From Patescibacteria group bacterium (lineage in GTDB: Bacteria; Patescibacteriota; JABMPQ01; JAHIRA01), in NCBI GenBank assembly GCA_018818205.1, contig JAHISJ010000029.1, positions 1-62,133 on the forward strand: 62,133 nucleotides of DNA. The letters run 5' to 3'. Both the position numbers and the translations under genes were made by a program. The notes beneath the pieces were generated by a model that did no database searches, was not told the origin of the DNA, and saw nothing but the letters and a program-made list of their open reading frames with translations. Shown one piece after another: positions 7,971 to 17,900 of this stretch; positions within the stretch are counted from its first letter, which is position 1; each line of letters starts with the position of its first letter.

Positions 7971-8053
7971 TGCCGCTGGTCGGAGTCGAACCGACATGAC
8001 CATAGGCCACACGATTTTGAGTCGTGCGCGTCTACCAGTTCCGCCACAGCGGC
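7971..8053 (-). tRNA. tRNA-Leu (CAA), type II
   Basis: Acceptor GCCGCTG/CAGCGGC, anticodon stem CACGA/TCGTG with loop CTCAAAA, a long variable arm, and T arm GTCGG-TTCGACT-CCGAC. No CCA is encoded. Confidence 0.9.
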
Positions 8054-8122
8054 AGCAAATTATTATAGTTACCATGAACCGACCGAAGGTCTGGTTCATG
8101 GGGATTGTAGCATGAGAAATTT

Positions 8123-9259
8123 CTAATTACAATCTTCACTAAGGAAGTCTATGAAGTTTTTAGAATTGATTAGTTTTAAACTACTACCTGGATATGTTTC
8201 AAGGAAAGATCGTACTGAACGTGCTTTATTGCCTCTCCATTTAAATTCATATCCATGTAGAGTTGCGTTTATATCCTCTAGGTAGTCAATTTCTTGCTGC
8301 TGATATGTTCTCCAAAAGTAAGGATTACTATCGTATCCGTTATTGTGACAATTCTTTATTCGTTCACTTATCATAAAGTTTTCAAAAAGTGCACCAGTGT
8401 CTTGTCTAAGATCTAGCGGGTTTAAATTATTTATTAGAGCATTTCTGATTCCTGTATCAACAAAATAAACTTTTCTCAGTTTCGTTAATTCTTTGCGCAA
8501 ATTTTTACTGTAGGGCTTGAGTCTAAAAATAACAAATGCCTTTTCTAAGATTTGTAAGTAGTGAGTGACTGTTTTTTTGTTAATCCCAACAAGGCTGGCA
8601 AGTTCATTGTAGGATACCTCGTTTCCTACTTGAAGTGCTAATGCTTGAAGAAGCTTTTCAAGCATATCCGGATTTTTGATTTGTTGAAATTGAAGTACAT
8701 CTTTGAAGAGGTAGCTTTTTACAATGTTTTTTAGAAGCTCCTCAGATTCAGCACTTTTCTCAACAATTTCTGGATACATGCCATAGAGCATTCTCCTTTC
8801 TAGCAGTCGCTTTACTTCCTGTCGTGAATATCTCTGCATGAGTTCTTCTACAGAGAAAGGGTACAGAGTAAAAAAATAGGCTCTGCCCGTAAGCGGTTCC
8901 TCAATATCATTTGATAGCTCAAAAGAAGAAGATCCTGTAGCTACAATTTGAATCTTTGGGAATGTGTCTACAATAAGTTTCAATGTCAAACCAATATTTT
9001 TGACTCTCTGAGCTTCATCAATAAATACGATTTTACTATCTCCAATAAATGACTGAATCTCCGTAGAGGTAGCATCAGTGAATGATTTTCGTATATCTGG
9101 CTCATCGCAGTTTAGGTATGTTGAAGATGGATACTTTTTTTGAATTGTCTGAATAAGAGTAGTTTTCCCTACTTGTCTCGCACCATAAATTACTATCACT
9201 TTTCCCTTAAAGAACGAATCTTCTACTTTGCGTTGAATTGTTCTTGTTACAGTATCCAT
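8123..9259 (-). CDS. AAA+ ATPase with a DUF4143-type C-terminal domain
   Basis: Walker A is GARQVGKTTL and Walker B is IVFIDEAQ. The C-terminal YFWRTYQQQEIDYLE block is typical of the AAA_14 + DUF4143 architecture. No SD; the context is AT-rich. Confidence 0.8.
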   Translation of the reverse strand: MDTVTRTIQRKVEDSFFKGKVIVIYGARQVGKTTLIQTIQKKYPSSTYLNCDEPDIRKSFTDATSTEIQSFIGDSKIVFIDEAQRVKNIGLTLKLIVDTFPKIQIVATGSSSFELSNDIEEPLTGRAYFFTLYPFSVEELMQRYSRQEVKRLLERRMLYGMYPEIVEKSAESEELLKNIVKSYLFKDVLQFQQIKNPDMLEKLLQALALQVGNEVSYNELASLVGINKKTVTHYLQILEKAFVIFRLKPYSKNLRKELTKLRKVYFVDTGIRNALINNLNPLDLRQDTGALFENFMISERIKNCHNNGYDSNPYFWRTYQQQEIDYLEDINATLHGYEFKWRGNKARSVRSFLETYPGSSLKLINSKNFIDFLSEDCN

Positions 9260-9409
9260 ATTTCTATTAATTAGGGTACTCTAGTATCCTAATTATACTA
9301 TATTTAAGATACTTAAGCAATAGTTTTATCTTATTCTCCCAAAAACAACCGTTTTTTTTACTTCATGTATATGGTACTCTAAAACTACTCAATCATTAAA
9401 TAAAAACAC

Positions 9410-10513
9410 ATGACCCCAACCGGAGAAAGTGCTGAGCGAATGCACGCAGTAGCTGAGCAAGAAAAAAAGAAGCAAGAAGTGACCATCGGTCCAGAAGAAC
9501 TAACAGAGCTTATTTCAAAAAAAGGGGAATCGGTTGATCTTAAAGGAATGTCACAAAGCGATCCTGACAGATATCAACAACTTATCACTGCACTTACTAA
9601 TCGTAGTGTAAAAAGCGAGCTGCCTTTAGATACGCAGGCTTTTTCAGGCAATGATCTCAGAAGTTACGATGTATATATGCTCGATGTGATTCAGCAAAAA
9701 GAAGCGGCTCGAGCATTGTTTTTTGGAACAGTAAACGACGAAACGCTACAAGATGCTTCAGCTTTTTTGGCTGAAGAGTTGCCAAAGGCTGAGTGGCTTG
9801 AGCAAAACAAATACCCTGAGCTTTATGGTGCCGCAACGACTAGTGCTCGTGCGGAGATTAAGCAGCTTTTTATTGAACACGGCATTGAAGAAGGATTTCC
9901 TTCCGCGGATAAACCGGAGATAGTGCTTAAGGACCAGCTAACTTTTTTGCTTAATGAATCAAATGATCCGGAAGAGTATAGTCATGTTGAAGGTGACACA
10001 ATAACACTCAGAGTGACAGAAAGGATGACCGAGGATGATGAATGGGATGTGTACTTAACATCGGTTCATGAACTTTTGACGTCTATTGGCGAGCACAGTG
10101 CAAAGGAAACGGGAGAAGAGCTTACTGATGAGCAGGTTAGGGCGCGTGAAACAGTAGTCAATATTGTAACAAGGATGGTTGCAACAAAACATGTAGAGAA
10201 AGGAAAAACACCACTGAGCGGAGAAGAGGAATTTGAGTATCATCCCCTCCAATATCTTATTTTCACCAACATCCCTGAGAAAAAGTTTGCTGAGGCTTTG
10301 GTGAGTACCGATGCACTGCAAGAACTTATGGATGAGTTTCAAGAAAAGTATAGCAAGAACGAGCAGATAGTCGGTTATGCAAAGCATCTTAAGGGACTAA
10401 TTGCTGCTCAATCAGAAGAATTTCCGGAAGAAAAAGAAGGGGAAGAGGCACTAGCTGATGTTATATCGATTGCAGACTATCTTGAAAAAAAGAAACAAGA
10501 GCGTAAAGAGTAG
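9410..10513 (+). CDS. Acidic hypothetical protein (367 aa)
   Basis: Long clean ORF. The protein is rich in E/D. No motif recognised. Confidence 0.55.
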   Translation: MTPTGESAERMHAVAEQEKKKQEVTIGPEELTELISKKGESVDLKGMSQSDPDRYQQLITALTNRSVKSELPLDTQAFSGNDLRSYDVYMLDVIQQKEAARALFFGTVNDETLQDASAFLAEELPKAEWLEQNKYPELYGAATTSARAEIKQLFIEHGIEEGFPSADKPEIVLKDQLTFLLNESNDPEEYSHVEGDTITLRVTERMTEDDEWDVYLTSVHELLTSIGEHSAKETGEELTDEQVRARETVVNIVTRMVATKHVEKGKTPLSGEEEFEYHPLQYLIFTNIPEKKFAEALVSTDALQELMDEFQEKYSKNEQIVGYAKHLKGLIAAQSEEFPEEKEGEEALADVISIADYLEKKKQERKE

Positions 10514-10570
10514 TTTTTAAAACAAAAAAGCCCATCATCTGGTAGTAGGTGGGCAAAAATAAGAAAAGAG

Positions 10571-11878
10571 CTAGAAAATAAAAAGTGTAGTTTGGTCTGC
10601 AAGGATTTTTGTAATCTCCTCCGGTTCTTTTGCAGGAGAAAATAAAAACCCCTGAAACGTGTTACATCCAATTTTTTGCAAGAAGGCGAGTTGCTCTCTG
10701 GTGCTGACACCTTCTGCAATTATTTCAATACAAAATGCTTTAGCTAAATTGACAATAAGTTCAATAATGGTCTCTTCAGGAACGCTGATTTCTTCGTTTG
10801 TGATACCGTCAACAAGTCCACGGTCAATCTTGACAAGATGCACAATTTTTAAGTTATTAAGCTTTCTTAAACGATCGATAGTAGAGTGACCAGTGCACAA
10901 GTCGTCAATTGCTATCCTGACACCTATAGCACACAATGCCTGCAGTGCAGAGATGACACACTCATAGTCCTCAATAGGTGCCGTTTCAGTAATCTCCAAA
11001 ATTAAATGATGAGGATCCATAGTGACTTCTTCAAGAACTTTTTTGATGTTGTCTAAAAAAGCACCATTTTGCAAGTGAATGCTAGAAATATTGACCGATA
11101 TCATTAGAGGGCTAGGATACACTTTTTTCCATTCATGCCACTGAAGACAAGCAGCCTTAAGAACAAAAAGATCAATATGATGAATGAATCCCTTGTCTTC
11201 TGCGACAAGGATGAATGTTGTCGGTGATATAAATCCGTGCTTAGGATGCTTCCACCGTGCGAGTGCTTCGAATCCTAGAATTTTTTCCTCGGTTACGATT
11301 GGCTGATACCGGACAAAGAATTCATCTTCTTTAAGTGCACGTAAAAGCTCTGATTCTGTAACCCTGTGTACTAGAGTCTGGTAGTCAGATTCGTCACTAT
11401 AAACATGATATAGAGTACCATTTGGTTTTTTTGCTTCTTCAAATGCGCAAAGTGCATACGAGAAAATAACATCTGGATCTGCTCTGGGCCTAGGAAATGT
11501 AACAATACCAAAGCGTGCAGCAATTTGAAACGTACCCTTCTCTAGAGTGAATGGAGAGTCTAACGCAGCAACAAACGGAGCAATGGGGTCTCCAGTATCA
11601 TTTTCTGGGATGTATATGATAAAAAAATTTCCACGTTCATACCCAATCATGCCGTTTTGACCAGTAATTGCAAGTAGACGTTTCGCAATGCTACGTAACA
11701 GTTCTTCAGTGAACGCAAATCCTTGTAATAGGTCAGAATCAGAAAAGTTTGCCGAGAGTAACGCAAAAATTCCCCTTTTTTTCTGTAATGTTTCTGAAAG
11801 TTGCTTAAGGCAGCTTGCCACTTCTTGGTGGCTTGGAAGGTCTCTAAGTGACGTAAAGCTTTTGTATTGAAACAACAT
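10571..11878 (-). CDS. EAL-domain protein with a degenerate GGDEF-like N-terminal domain (putative c-di-GMP phosphodiesterase)
   Basis: EAL blocks are present: YQPIV, FEALARW, ISVNIS, LEITE, IAIDDLCTGHS, VKIDR, IAEGVST, QGFLFS. The GGDEF position reads GYERGNFFIIY. An AGGAGG SD is present. Confidence 0.85.
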   Translation of the reverse strand: MLFQYKSFTSLRDLPSHQEVASCLKQLSETLQKKRGIFALLSANFSDSDLLQGFAFTEELLRSIAKRLLAITGQNGMIGYERGNFFIIYIPENDTGDPIAPFVAALDSPFTLEKGTFQIAARFGIVTFPRPRADPDVIFSYALCAFEEAKKPNGTLYHVYSDESDYQTLVHRVTESELLRALKEDEFFVRYQPIVTEEKILGFEALARWKHPKHGFISPTTFILVAEDKGFIHHIDLFVLKAACLQWHEWKKVYPSPLMISVNISSIHLQNGAFLDNIKKVLEEVTMDPHHLILEITETAPIEDYECVISALQALCAIGVRIAIDDLCTGHSTIDRLRKLNNLKIVHLVKIDRGLVDGITNEEISVPEETIIELIVNLAKAFCIEIIAEGVSTREQLAFLQKIGCNTFQGFLFSPAKEPEEITKILADQTTLFIF

Positions 11879-11975
11879 TATTATTCCTCCTGAATGTTGA
11901 CAAAGAACTCTTTCTAACTACTAATAGTATATCGCGCTATCCCTGACGAGCGGAAGTGGATCATGAGATCCAAAT

Positions 11976-12024
11976 ACGATAGATCTATATTATTTGTGGA
12001 TAGTTGTGGATAAGCTGTGGGAAG
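11976..12024. promoter_or_regulatory. AT-rich GATC 20-mer followed by three tandem DnaA-box-like 9-mers
   Basis: ACGATAGATCTATATTATTT, then TGTGGATAG (11995-12003), TGTGGATAA (12005-12013, a perfect match to the TTATCCACA consensus) and TGTGGGAAG (12016-12024). It lies in the divergent EAL/HD intergenic region. Confidence 0.6.
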
Positions 12025-12068
12025 ATCGTTTTATTTCTTATTTTCCAGTTTTCACGTACAATAGAAGT

Positions 12069-12614
12069 ATGCAAAAAGTTGATTACTTCTCTATCTTAAA
12101 AAAATACATAGATCAAAGCACAGAAGCATACAGCATGATTATTGCGCACGGTGCTTTGGTCGCGGCAAAAGCGTACAAAGCTGCAGTCAAATTGAGTCTT
12201 ACAAACGAGCAAAAGCAGTTTATTGTAGAGGCATCAATGCTGCACGACATTGGGACGATACAGACTGAAGTATATAGCGATGAGAAAAATCCCTACATTA
12301 TGCACGGCGTTTTAGGGCGTAAAATACTTGAGGATGAAGGTCTCCCAAGACATGCATTCGTCTGCGAGCATCACATTGGTGTTGGTATTGCAAAAGAAGA
12401 TATTACTGACGGGCATCTACCCCTTCCAGTACGTGATATGATTCCTCAGACAATTGAAGAAGAAATCGTTGCCTATGCAGATAAATTTTATTCAAAAAAG
12501 CCTGAGTCATTTTATGTAGAAAAGTCTATTTCTGATATTATTTTGCAGATGAAGAAGGACTTTGGTGAAAGGAAAGCACACATTTTTGAGGAGTGGGTAG
12601 ATAGATTTGAATAA
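12069..12614 (+). CDS. HD/HDIG-domain phosphohydrolase
   Basis: IAHGALVA...MLHDIGT...EHHIGVG shows the H...HD...H pattern. I chose the ATG at 12069 over the upstream alternative start at 11994. Confidence 0.7.
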   Translation: MQKVDYFSILKKYIDQSTEAYSMIIAHGALVAAKAYKAAVKLSLTNEQKQFIVEASMLHDIGTIQTEVYSDEKNPYIMHGVLGRKILEDEGLPRHAFVCEHHIGVGIAKEDITDGHLPLPVRDMIPQTIEEEIVAYADKFYSKKPESFYVEKSISDIILQMKKDFGERKAHIFEEWVDRFE

Positions 12615-12618
12615 TGCA

Positions 12619-12652
12619 TCCGTAGGGGTGCGCCGCGGCGCACCCCTACGGA
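12619..12652. repeat. GC-rich REP-like perfect palindrome (34 bp)
   Basis: TCCGTAGGGGTGCGCCGCGGCGCACCCCTACGGA, directly after the HD gene stop. Confidence 0.85.
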
Positions 12653-12662
12653 CATAAAAACC

Positions 12663-13226
12663 ATGGAAAAATCAAAATTAACCAAGCCATTAAGAATCCT
12701 TCTTGCAACAAATGCCCTTGTTGTATTTGCAGCTGCAATGCTTGGTCCTATTTATGCGCTTTTTGTAAGTGAGATTGGCGGGGAGTTATTGGACGCAAGT
12801 ATAGCAGTGGGAATCTTTGCTATTGCAGCGGCTGTTACTACCTATTTTGCCGGGAAGTATTCGGACAAAATAAAAGAAAATGAGCTTATTGTTATTGCTG
12901 GCTATATTGTGCAAGGGGTAGCGTTTTTATTGTACACGTTTGTTGATTCTCTGTTTTTTTTGTTTGCCGTACAAATTCTTATCGGTTTTTCAGAAGCGCT
13001 CTATTGGCCGGTGTACGATGCGATATATTCTAAGCATGGCAAGAATAAACTGGGAAAGGCATGGGGAAGTTGGGAAGCAATGAACTACGTTACTATTGCG
13101 GCAGGTACATTAGCTGGTGGTCTTATAGTTACCTATGGAAGTTTTGACTTGCTTTTTGTCATCATGGCAGTGCTGTGTTTTGCCAGCGCGATCTACATGT
13201 ACTTTTTGCCGCGAGATGTGTTGTAA
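12663..13226 (+). CDS. Six-TM membrane protein (half-size MFS-like)
   Basis: I counted six hydrophobic helices by eye in 187 aa. The GKYSDK loop between TM2 and TM3 is MFS-like. Confidence 0.5.
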   Translation: MEKSKLTKPLRILLATNALVVFAAAMLGPIYALFVSEIGGELLDASIAVGIFAIAAAVTTYFAGKYSDKIKENELIVIAGYIVQGVAFLLYTFVDSLFFLFAVQILIGFSEALYWPVYDAIYSKHGKNKLGKAWGSWEAMNYVTIAAGTLAGGLIVTYGSFDLLFVIMAVLCFASAIYMYFLPRDVL

Positions 13227-13256
13227 TTGTCTCACTATTAGGTATCCTTAACACAT

Positions 13257-13333
13257 GCCCTTGTAGCTCAATTGGACAGAGCGACGCACTCCTAACGCGT
13301 AGGTTGCAGGTTCGATTCCTGCCAAGGGCACCA
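13257..13333 (+). tRNA. tRNA-Arg (CCT)
   Basis: Acceptor GCCCTTG/CAAGGGC, anticodon loop CTCCTAA, and T arm GCAGG-TTCGATT-CCTGC. CCA is encoded. Confidence 0.88.
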
Positions 13334-13359
13334 AAATAAGATTTCAATCACTAAAAAAC

Positions 13360-14373
13360 ATGAACGAATTTGATACTTCATTAGATACACTCAACTACTA
13401 TCAGAGCATCAAAGAGTTTCCTGACCAGTTTGTTAACATTGATTCAGCTCTTGAAGGTAAAAAAGTTGACGGTACATTTGATAACGTGATTATCTGTGGC
13501 ATGGGTGGGTCGTCCATGGCATTTGACTTGCTTAAAGGGTATTTTCATTCTCATGATATTGATGTGCCAATGTATGTGTCGCGTACGTATTCGCTTCCCA
13601 AAGAAGCAAGCAAGCGCTCACTTGTTTTTATTTCAAGTTATTCAGGAAATACTGAAGAGCCTCTTGCGTGTATGGATGAAGCAGAAGAGAAAAACTTGAC
13701 TATTGTTGGGTTCTCAAGCGGTGGTCAGGTTGAGGAGCGATGCAAGAAGGCAAAACATCTTCATATACGTTTTCCCGATGAACCAGCTTATTTTCAGCCG
13801 AGACTCGGAATTGGATATTCGTTTTCTGCAATGCTCTTCTTGCTTATGCAGTCGGGACTTATCCCAGAAAATATAAAAGAAGTACACAGTCTCGCTGAAT
13901 TTCTAAAAAATATTTCCTTTGAAGAAGAAGCAAAAAAGACGGCTCTCGTGATTGGCGATACTGTTCCTATTATGTATACCACCGATGAGTTTTTAAACAC
14001 GGTTGCTCGTATTGTCAAAATTAAATTCAATGAAAATAGCAAAATGCCTGCGTTTTATAACGCATTCCCGGAGCTTAATCATAATGAAATGGTTGGCTTT
14101 ACGCAGTACGCTGACAGATTTCATTTTATCTTTTTTAGAGATCAAAGCGCCTTTGCTCGTATTAACAAGCGTATGGATATCACCAAGTCGTTGCTTCTCC
14201 AAAGAAAAGCTCATGTAACTGAAATAGAGATGAAGGGCGAGACGTTTTTAGAGAAGATGTTTTCTTCACTTCATTTTGGTGACTATGTAACGTATTACCG
14301 AGCACTGTTAAACGGCATTGACCCAACGCCCGTTGCGATGGTTGAGGATTTTAAGGACATGATGAAGGAGTAG
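13360..14373 (+). CDS. Bifunctional phosphoglucose/phosphomannose isomerase (SIS-domain, archaeal/bacterial PGI-PMI type)
   Basis: ICGMGGSSMAFDLL and SYSGNTEE are SIS motifs. The C-terminal ELNHNEMVG block is typical of the PGI/PMI family. Confidence 0.78.
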   Translation: MNEFDTSLDTLNYYQSIKEFPDQFVNIDSALEGKKVDGTFDNVIICGMGGSSMAFDLLKGYFHSHDIDVPMYVSRTYSLPKEASKRSLVFISSYSGNTEEPLACMDEAEEKNLTIVGFSSGGQVEERCKKAKHLHIRFPDEPAYFQPRLGIGYSFSAMLFLLMQSGLIPENIKEVHSLAEFLKNISFEEEAKKTALVIGDTVPIMYTTDEFLNTVARIVKIKFNENSKMPAFYNAFPELNHNEMVGFTQYADRFHFIFFRDQSAFARINKRMDITKSLLLQRKAHVTEIEMKGETFLEKMFSSLHFGDYVTYYRALLNGIDPTPVAMVEDFKDMMKE

Positions 14374-14665
14374 GGGTTAATAATAGAAATGATCTGCAAT
14401 CCAAAAAACTCCCAGAAGGGAGCTTTTTGAATTCTATCGGGGCGACTAGGGCTTTTTACGGCCCAAGCCTCAGAATACTACCAAAAAGGTAGTAACCTGG
14501 GGAAAGGGCGGGAAGGCATTAGGGTAAAGGCGTAAGACCTTGCCAAAAACGACTTCGTGCACCATTCTAACATACTTTCGTTGTTTTGTCAAGTGTTTTT
14601 TTGTTGTGTCATACCAGACAATCATTCCTAAAGTCCCTCTTCCTTATTTTACTTACAATCTTGGC

Positions 14666-14714
14666 CACGAGATCCCGGATATTTTGCTTAAGAAAGCAAA
14701 ATTCCGGGATGACA
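14666..14714. repeat. MITE-like GATCCCGGA...TCCGGGATGAC hairpin repeat (short copy)
   Basis: CACGAGATCCCGGATATTTTGCTTAAGAAAGCAAAATTCCGGGATGACAT. Related copies are at 30372-30478, 36898-36940 and 47686-47791. Confidence 0.75.
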
Positions 14715-14912
14715 TACATATAAAAAGAGCTACTATCGGTATATATTTTTCATCTTGACTTCACAGTATCTAAAGGATATACTTACATTACCTCTCGTTC
14801 AGGCAAGCGGAACTATAGTATTATATGATGCACGGCAGGCTTGAGGCCTTGCGCCTTTCGCTAGCCGAGCACCGTATGGTGCTGTGGTTTAACCTTTCGA
14901 GAGGTTTTTTAT

Positions 14913-17900
14913 ATGAGGAAACTATTTCCTGTGCTTATAGGCAGTGTTTTTGGGACGCTGTTTTTTTGTGTGTTTTCTGCTCTTGCGGATGAGCCGGCAG
15001 TGTACATTAATGAGGTCGGGTTTAAAGAAGATAACGACTTCATTGAGCTCTTTGTTGCTGCTGATGCCAACTTGGCTCACTACGAGATATGGGAGGGAGG
15101 TACCATTGTTGCAACGCTCCCCGATTCGTTTACGTACCAAGAGGGTGATCTCATTTTGATCCATGAAGAATCTGGCGTAAATGACGTAAAAAAGTCGGAT
15201 AATAGCAAAGAGGCATATGATCTCTTTGCTATGGGGTCGCTTACTGGCACAGATAACATCATTCAAATCAAAAAACCTGATGATACAGGTACGGTAGTTG
15301 ATGTCGTGATCTGGTCAAACGCAAACGGCTCATTCACTGGAAGCAAGTTAGAGGCAAACAATGCACTAACAGAAGGTTTATGGGATGGGGATGAACCATT
15401 CTCCAGTACGTCAGACAGTAGTGCATGGACTGACTCAGATGAAGTGACTAAGGGATTTTCGTTGCAGAGGACGTCAATCGGGTTTCCCGTATCACCGGAT
15501 GACTTTGAGGTTAATGTAGCAAGTCCGGGTGTGGTAGAGCCAGAAAATAGCCCACCTATAGCCAGCGCTGTGTGCTCTGCGAGTGTAGTGGAGGGTAACG
15601 ATGCACAATTTGATGGAACCGGGTCAAGCGACCCTGACGGTGACATGCTTTCATATGCATGGGATTTTGGTGACGATGGTACCGCCGAAACGTCATATGC
15701 AGCACATACGTATCAAAATATCGGGACGTACACTGCAACGCTTGTGGTAACTGATGCGTACGGTCTCAGTAGTAATGATTCCTGCGTAGTGTCGGTATCT
15801 CAAAAAAAGTACTCTCATACCTTAATTATTTCTGAACTCCTCCCCGACCCTATTGGCGATGATGCGTCCGGTGAATTTATTGAACTTACTAATACCGGGC
15901 AGTCGTCAGTCGATTTGGACGGGTACCAAGTGTCGGATGGCAGTAAAACGTATACGATTTCTTCTGACGATTTTGATTCAACCGTTGTGGCATCTTCCAA
16001 CTATTTTCTTATTCCTCGCGCAGTTTCATCGATAGCGCTTAACAATACGAATGACCACGTTTTTCTAAGGGATCCGCATGGCACGAATATTACTGATGTA
16101 CAGTACGATCAGTCTCAAGAAGGATATGCGTATGCTTACAACCAAAGTGTGTATACATGGACTAAAACGCCGACTCCCGGAGCAAAGAATGTCATTGAGC
16201 AAGACCCTCCTCCGGAGCCAAAAGAGACCAAAGATCCACCAAAAACGTCTCCACCTGAACCTGCAAAGCCGGAACTCCCCAGTGGTACGTGTGTGTCTAA
16301 CGTATCAATTACCGAACTCATGCCCAATCCCCAAGGAGAGGATGCTCAGTCAGAATGGATAGAGCTCTATAATGGCAATGATGTTGCAGTTGATCTCGCC
16401 CGGTGGAAGCTTGATGATGCTGAAGGAGGAAGCGTGCCGTATGAGTTTATGACGCAGACACCAGTTGGTGCACACTCGTATGCCGTATTTAACAGAGCTG
16501 AAACAAGCATTGCGCTAAACAACAGTAACGAGTCGGTAAGGCTTTTTTGTCCAGATGGAAGTGACGTTTCTTCTGCTTCTTTTGAGGGCAGTGCTCCTGA
16601 AGGCAGTTCGTATGCTTCACAAGGTACTGTATGGAGTTGGACAACGACGCCAACACCGGGCAGTAATAACGTCATTACAGGGGAAAGCAGTGATACAGGG
16701 GGAAACGTCGGTGGTGATCCTACCCCTTCTTCTGAGTCTAACACTTTACCAAAAGGACCATTCTCACGAGATGTCTTTATAACGGAACTTGTCCCCAACC
16801 CAAAGGGCGTTGATGCAGACAATGAGTGGATAGAACTCTATAATGCCGGAGACAAAGACGTTTCACTTGGAAAATGGCAGATAGATGATGAGGAAGGAGG
16901 GAGTAAACCCTACACGATTCCAGATGAAACGGTTATTAAGGCAAAAACATATGTCGTGTTTACAAGCAACATAACAAAGCTGCAACTCAAAAACACTGTC
17001 GATTCAGCGCGGCTTATAGCACCAGATGGTACCGTTATATCAGGAGTTAGGTACAATGACAAAATACTGGACGATGTTAGTTTTGCGCGTGATGATTCAG
17101 GTAAGTGGCACTGGACCACAACACCTACAAAAGGAACAAAAAATACCTTTACTGCCGTCTCTTCCAATAAAAAAACCAGCACAAAAAGCACCAAGAAATC
17201 TACAGCAACAAAAACGAGCACTAGCAAAGCCAAAAAAGATAAGTCTTCTGCTACTCTTATGACTATTGCAGAGGCACTTACTAAAGAGAAAGGCGAGTTT
17301 GTGAAGCTCAGTGGCACGATTACTGTTGCACCAGGCATGCTCGCAAAAAGGTCATTTTATATCCAAGATGATACCGGTGGTATGCAGCTTTACAAGAGTA
17401 AGGATGATGTGCCTAACGTGGCTGTGGGTGATGAGGTTGAGGTCGTTGGGAAAATTTCCGTCGCACAAGGAGAAAAAAGAGTTCTTATTGCAGAGCTTAG
17501 CGATGTGACCGTTATTTCAAAAGGAAAAGAGCTTAAAATTGACATTTTTAAAACCGGAGAGGTTACCGATCAACATCTTGGGAAAATCATTAGGGTTAAA
17601 GGTGTTTTGATTAAGAAAGAAGGCAACGTGCTCTATCTTGATGATGGAAGCGGTGTGTTAAAGATAGTGATAAGTACCGGATCAGGCCTTAAGGCAAAAG
17701 ATTTTGTTGAGGGAATAGAATATGAAGTTACCGGTCTTTTACGGCTTAAAGATGGGGCAATTGTCCTCTCACCGCGTATGAAGGAAGATGTCATCTTTGC
17801 CGAGGATAAAAAGGGTACAGACGATCTTAAGGCAGAAGCATTGCAGTCGAGCAGTAGCTTACCGTTTAAGAGTAGTGTTATTTGGATTATTGTTGGTGTT

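Noticed and set aside
7779-8099. A 106-aa ORF on the minus strand.
   Set aside because: It is built from the tRNA-Leu(CAA) gene and the hairpin repeats, so it is not a plausible protein.
14440-14570. A tmRNA-like 5' end (TCGGGGCGACTAGGGC...) followed by a possible tag-like reading frame (GCCAAAAACGAC...).
   Set aside because: No tRNA-like T-arm/CCA 3' end (GGTTCGA...CCACCA) appears within the next ~400 nt. No frame gives an Ala-rich tag ending at a stop in the expected place.
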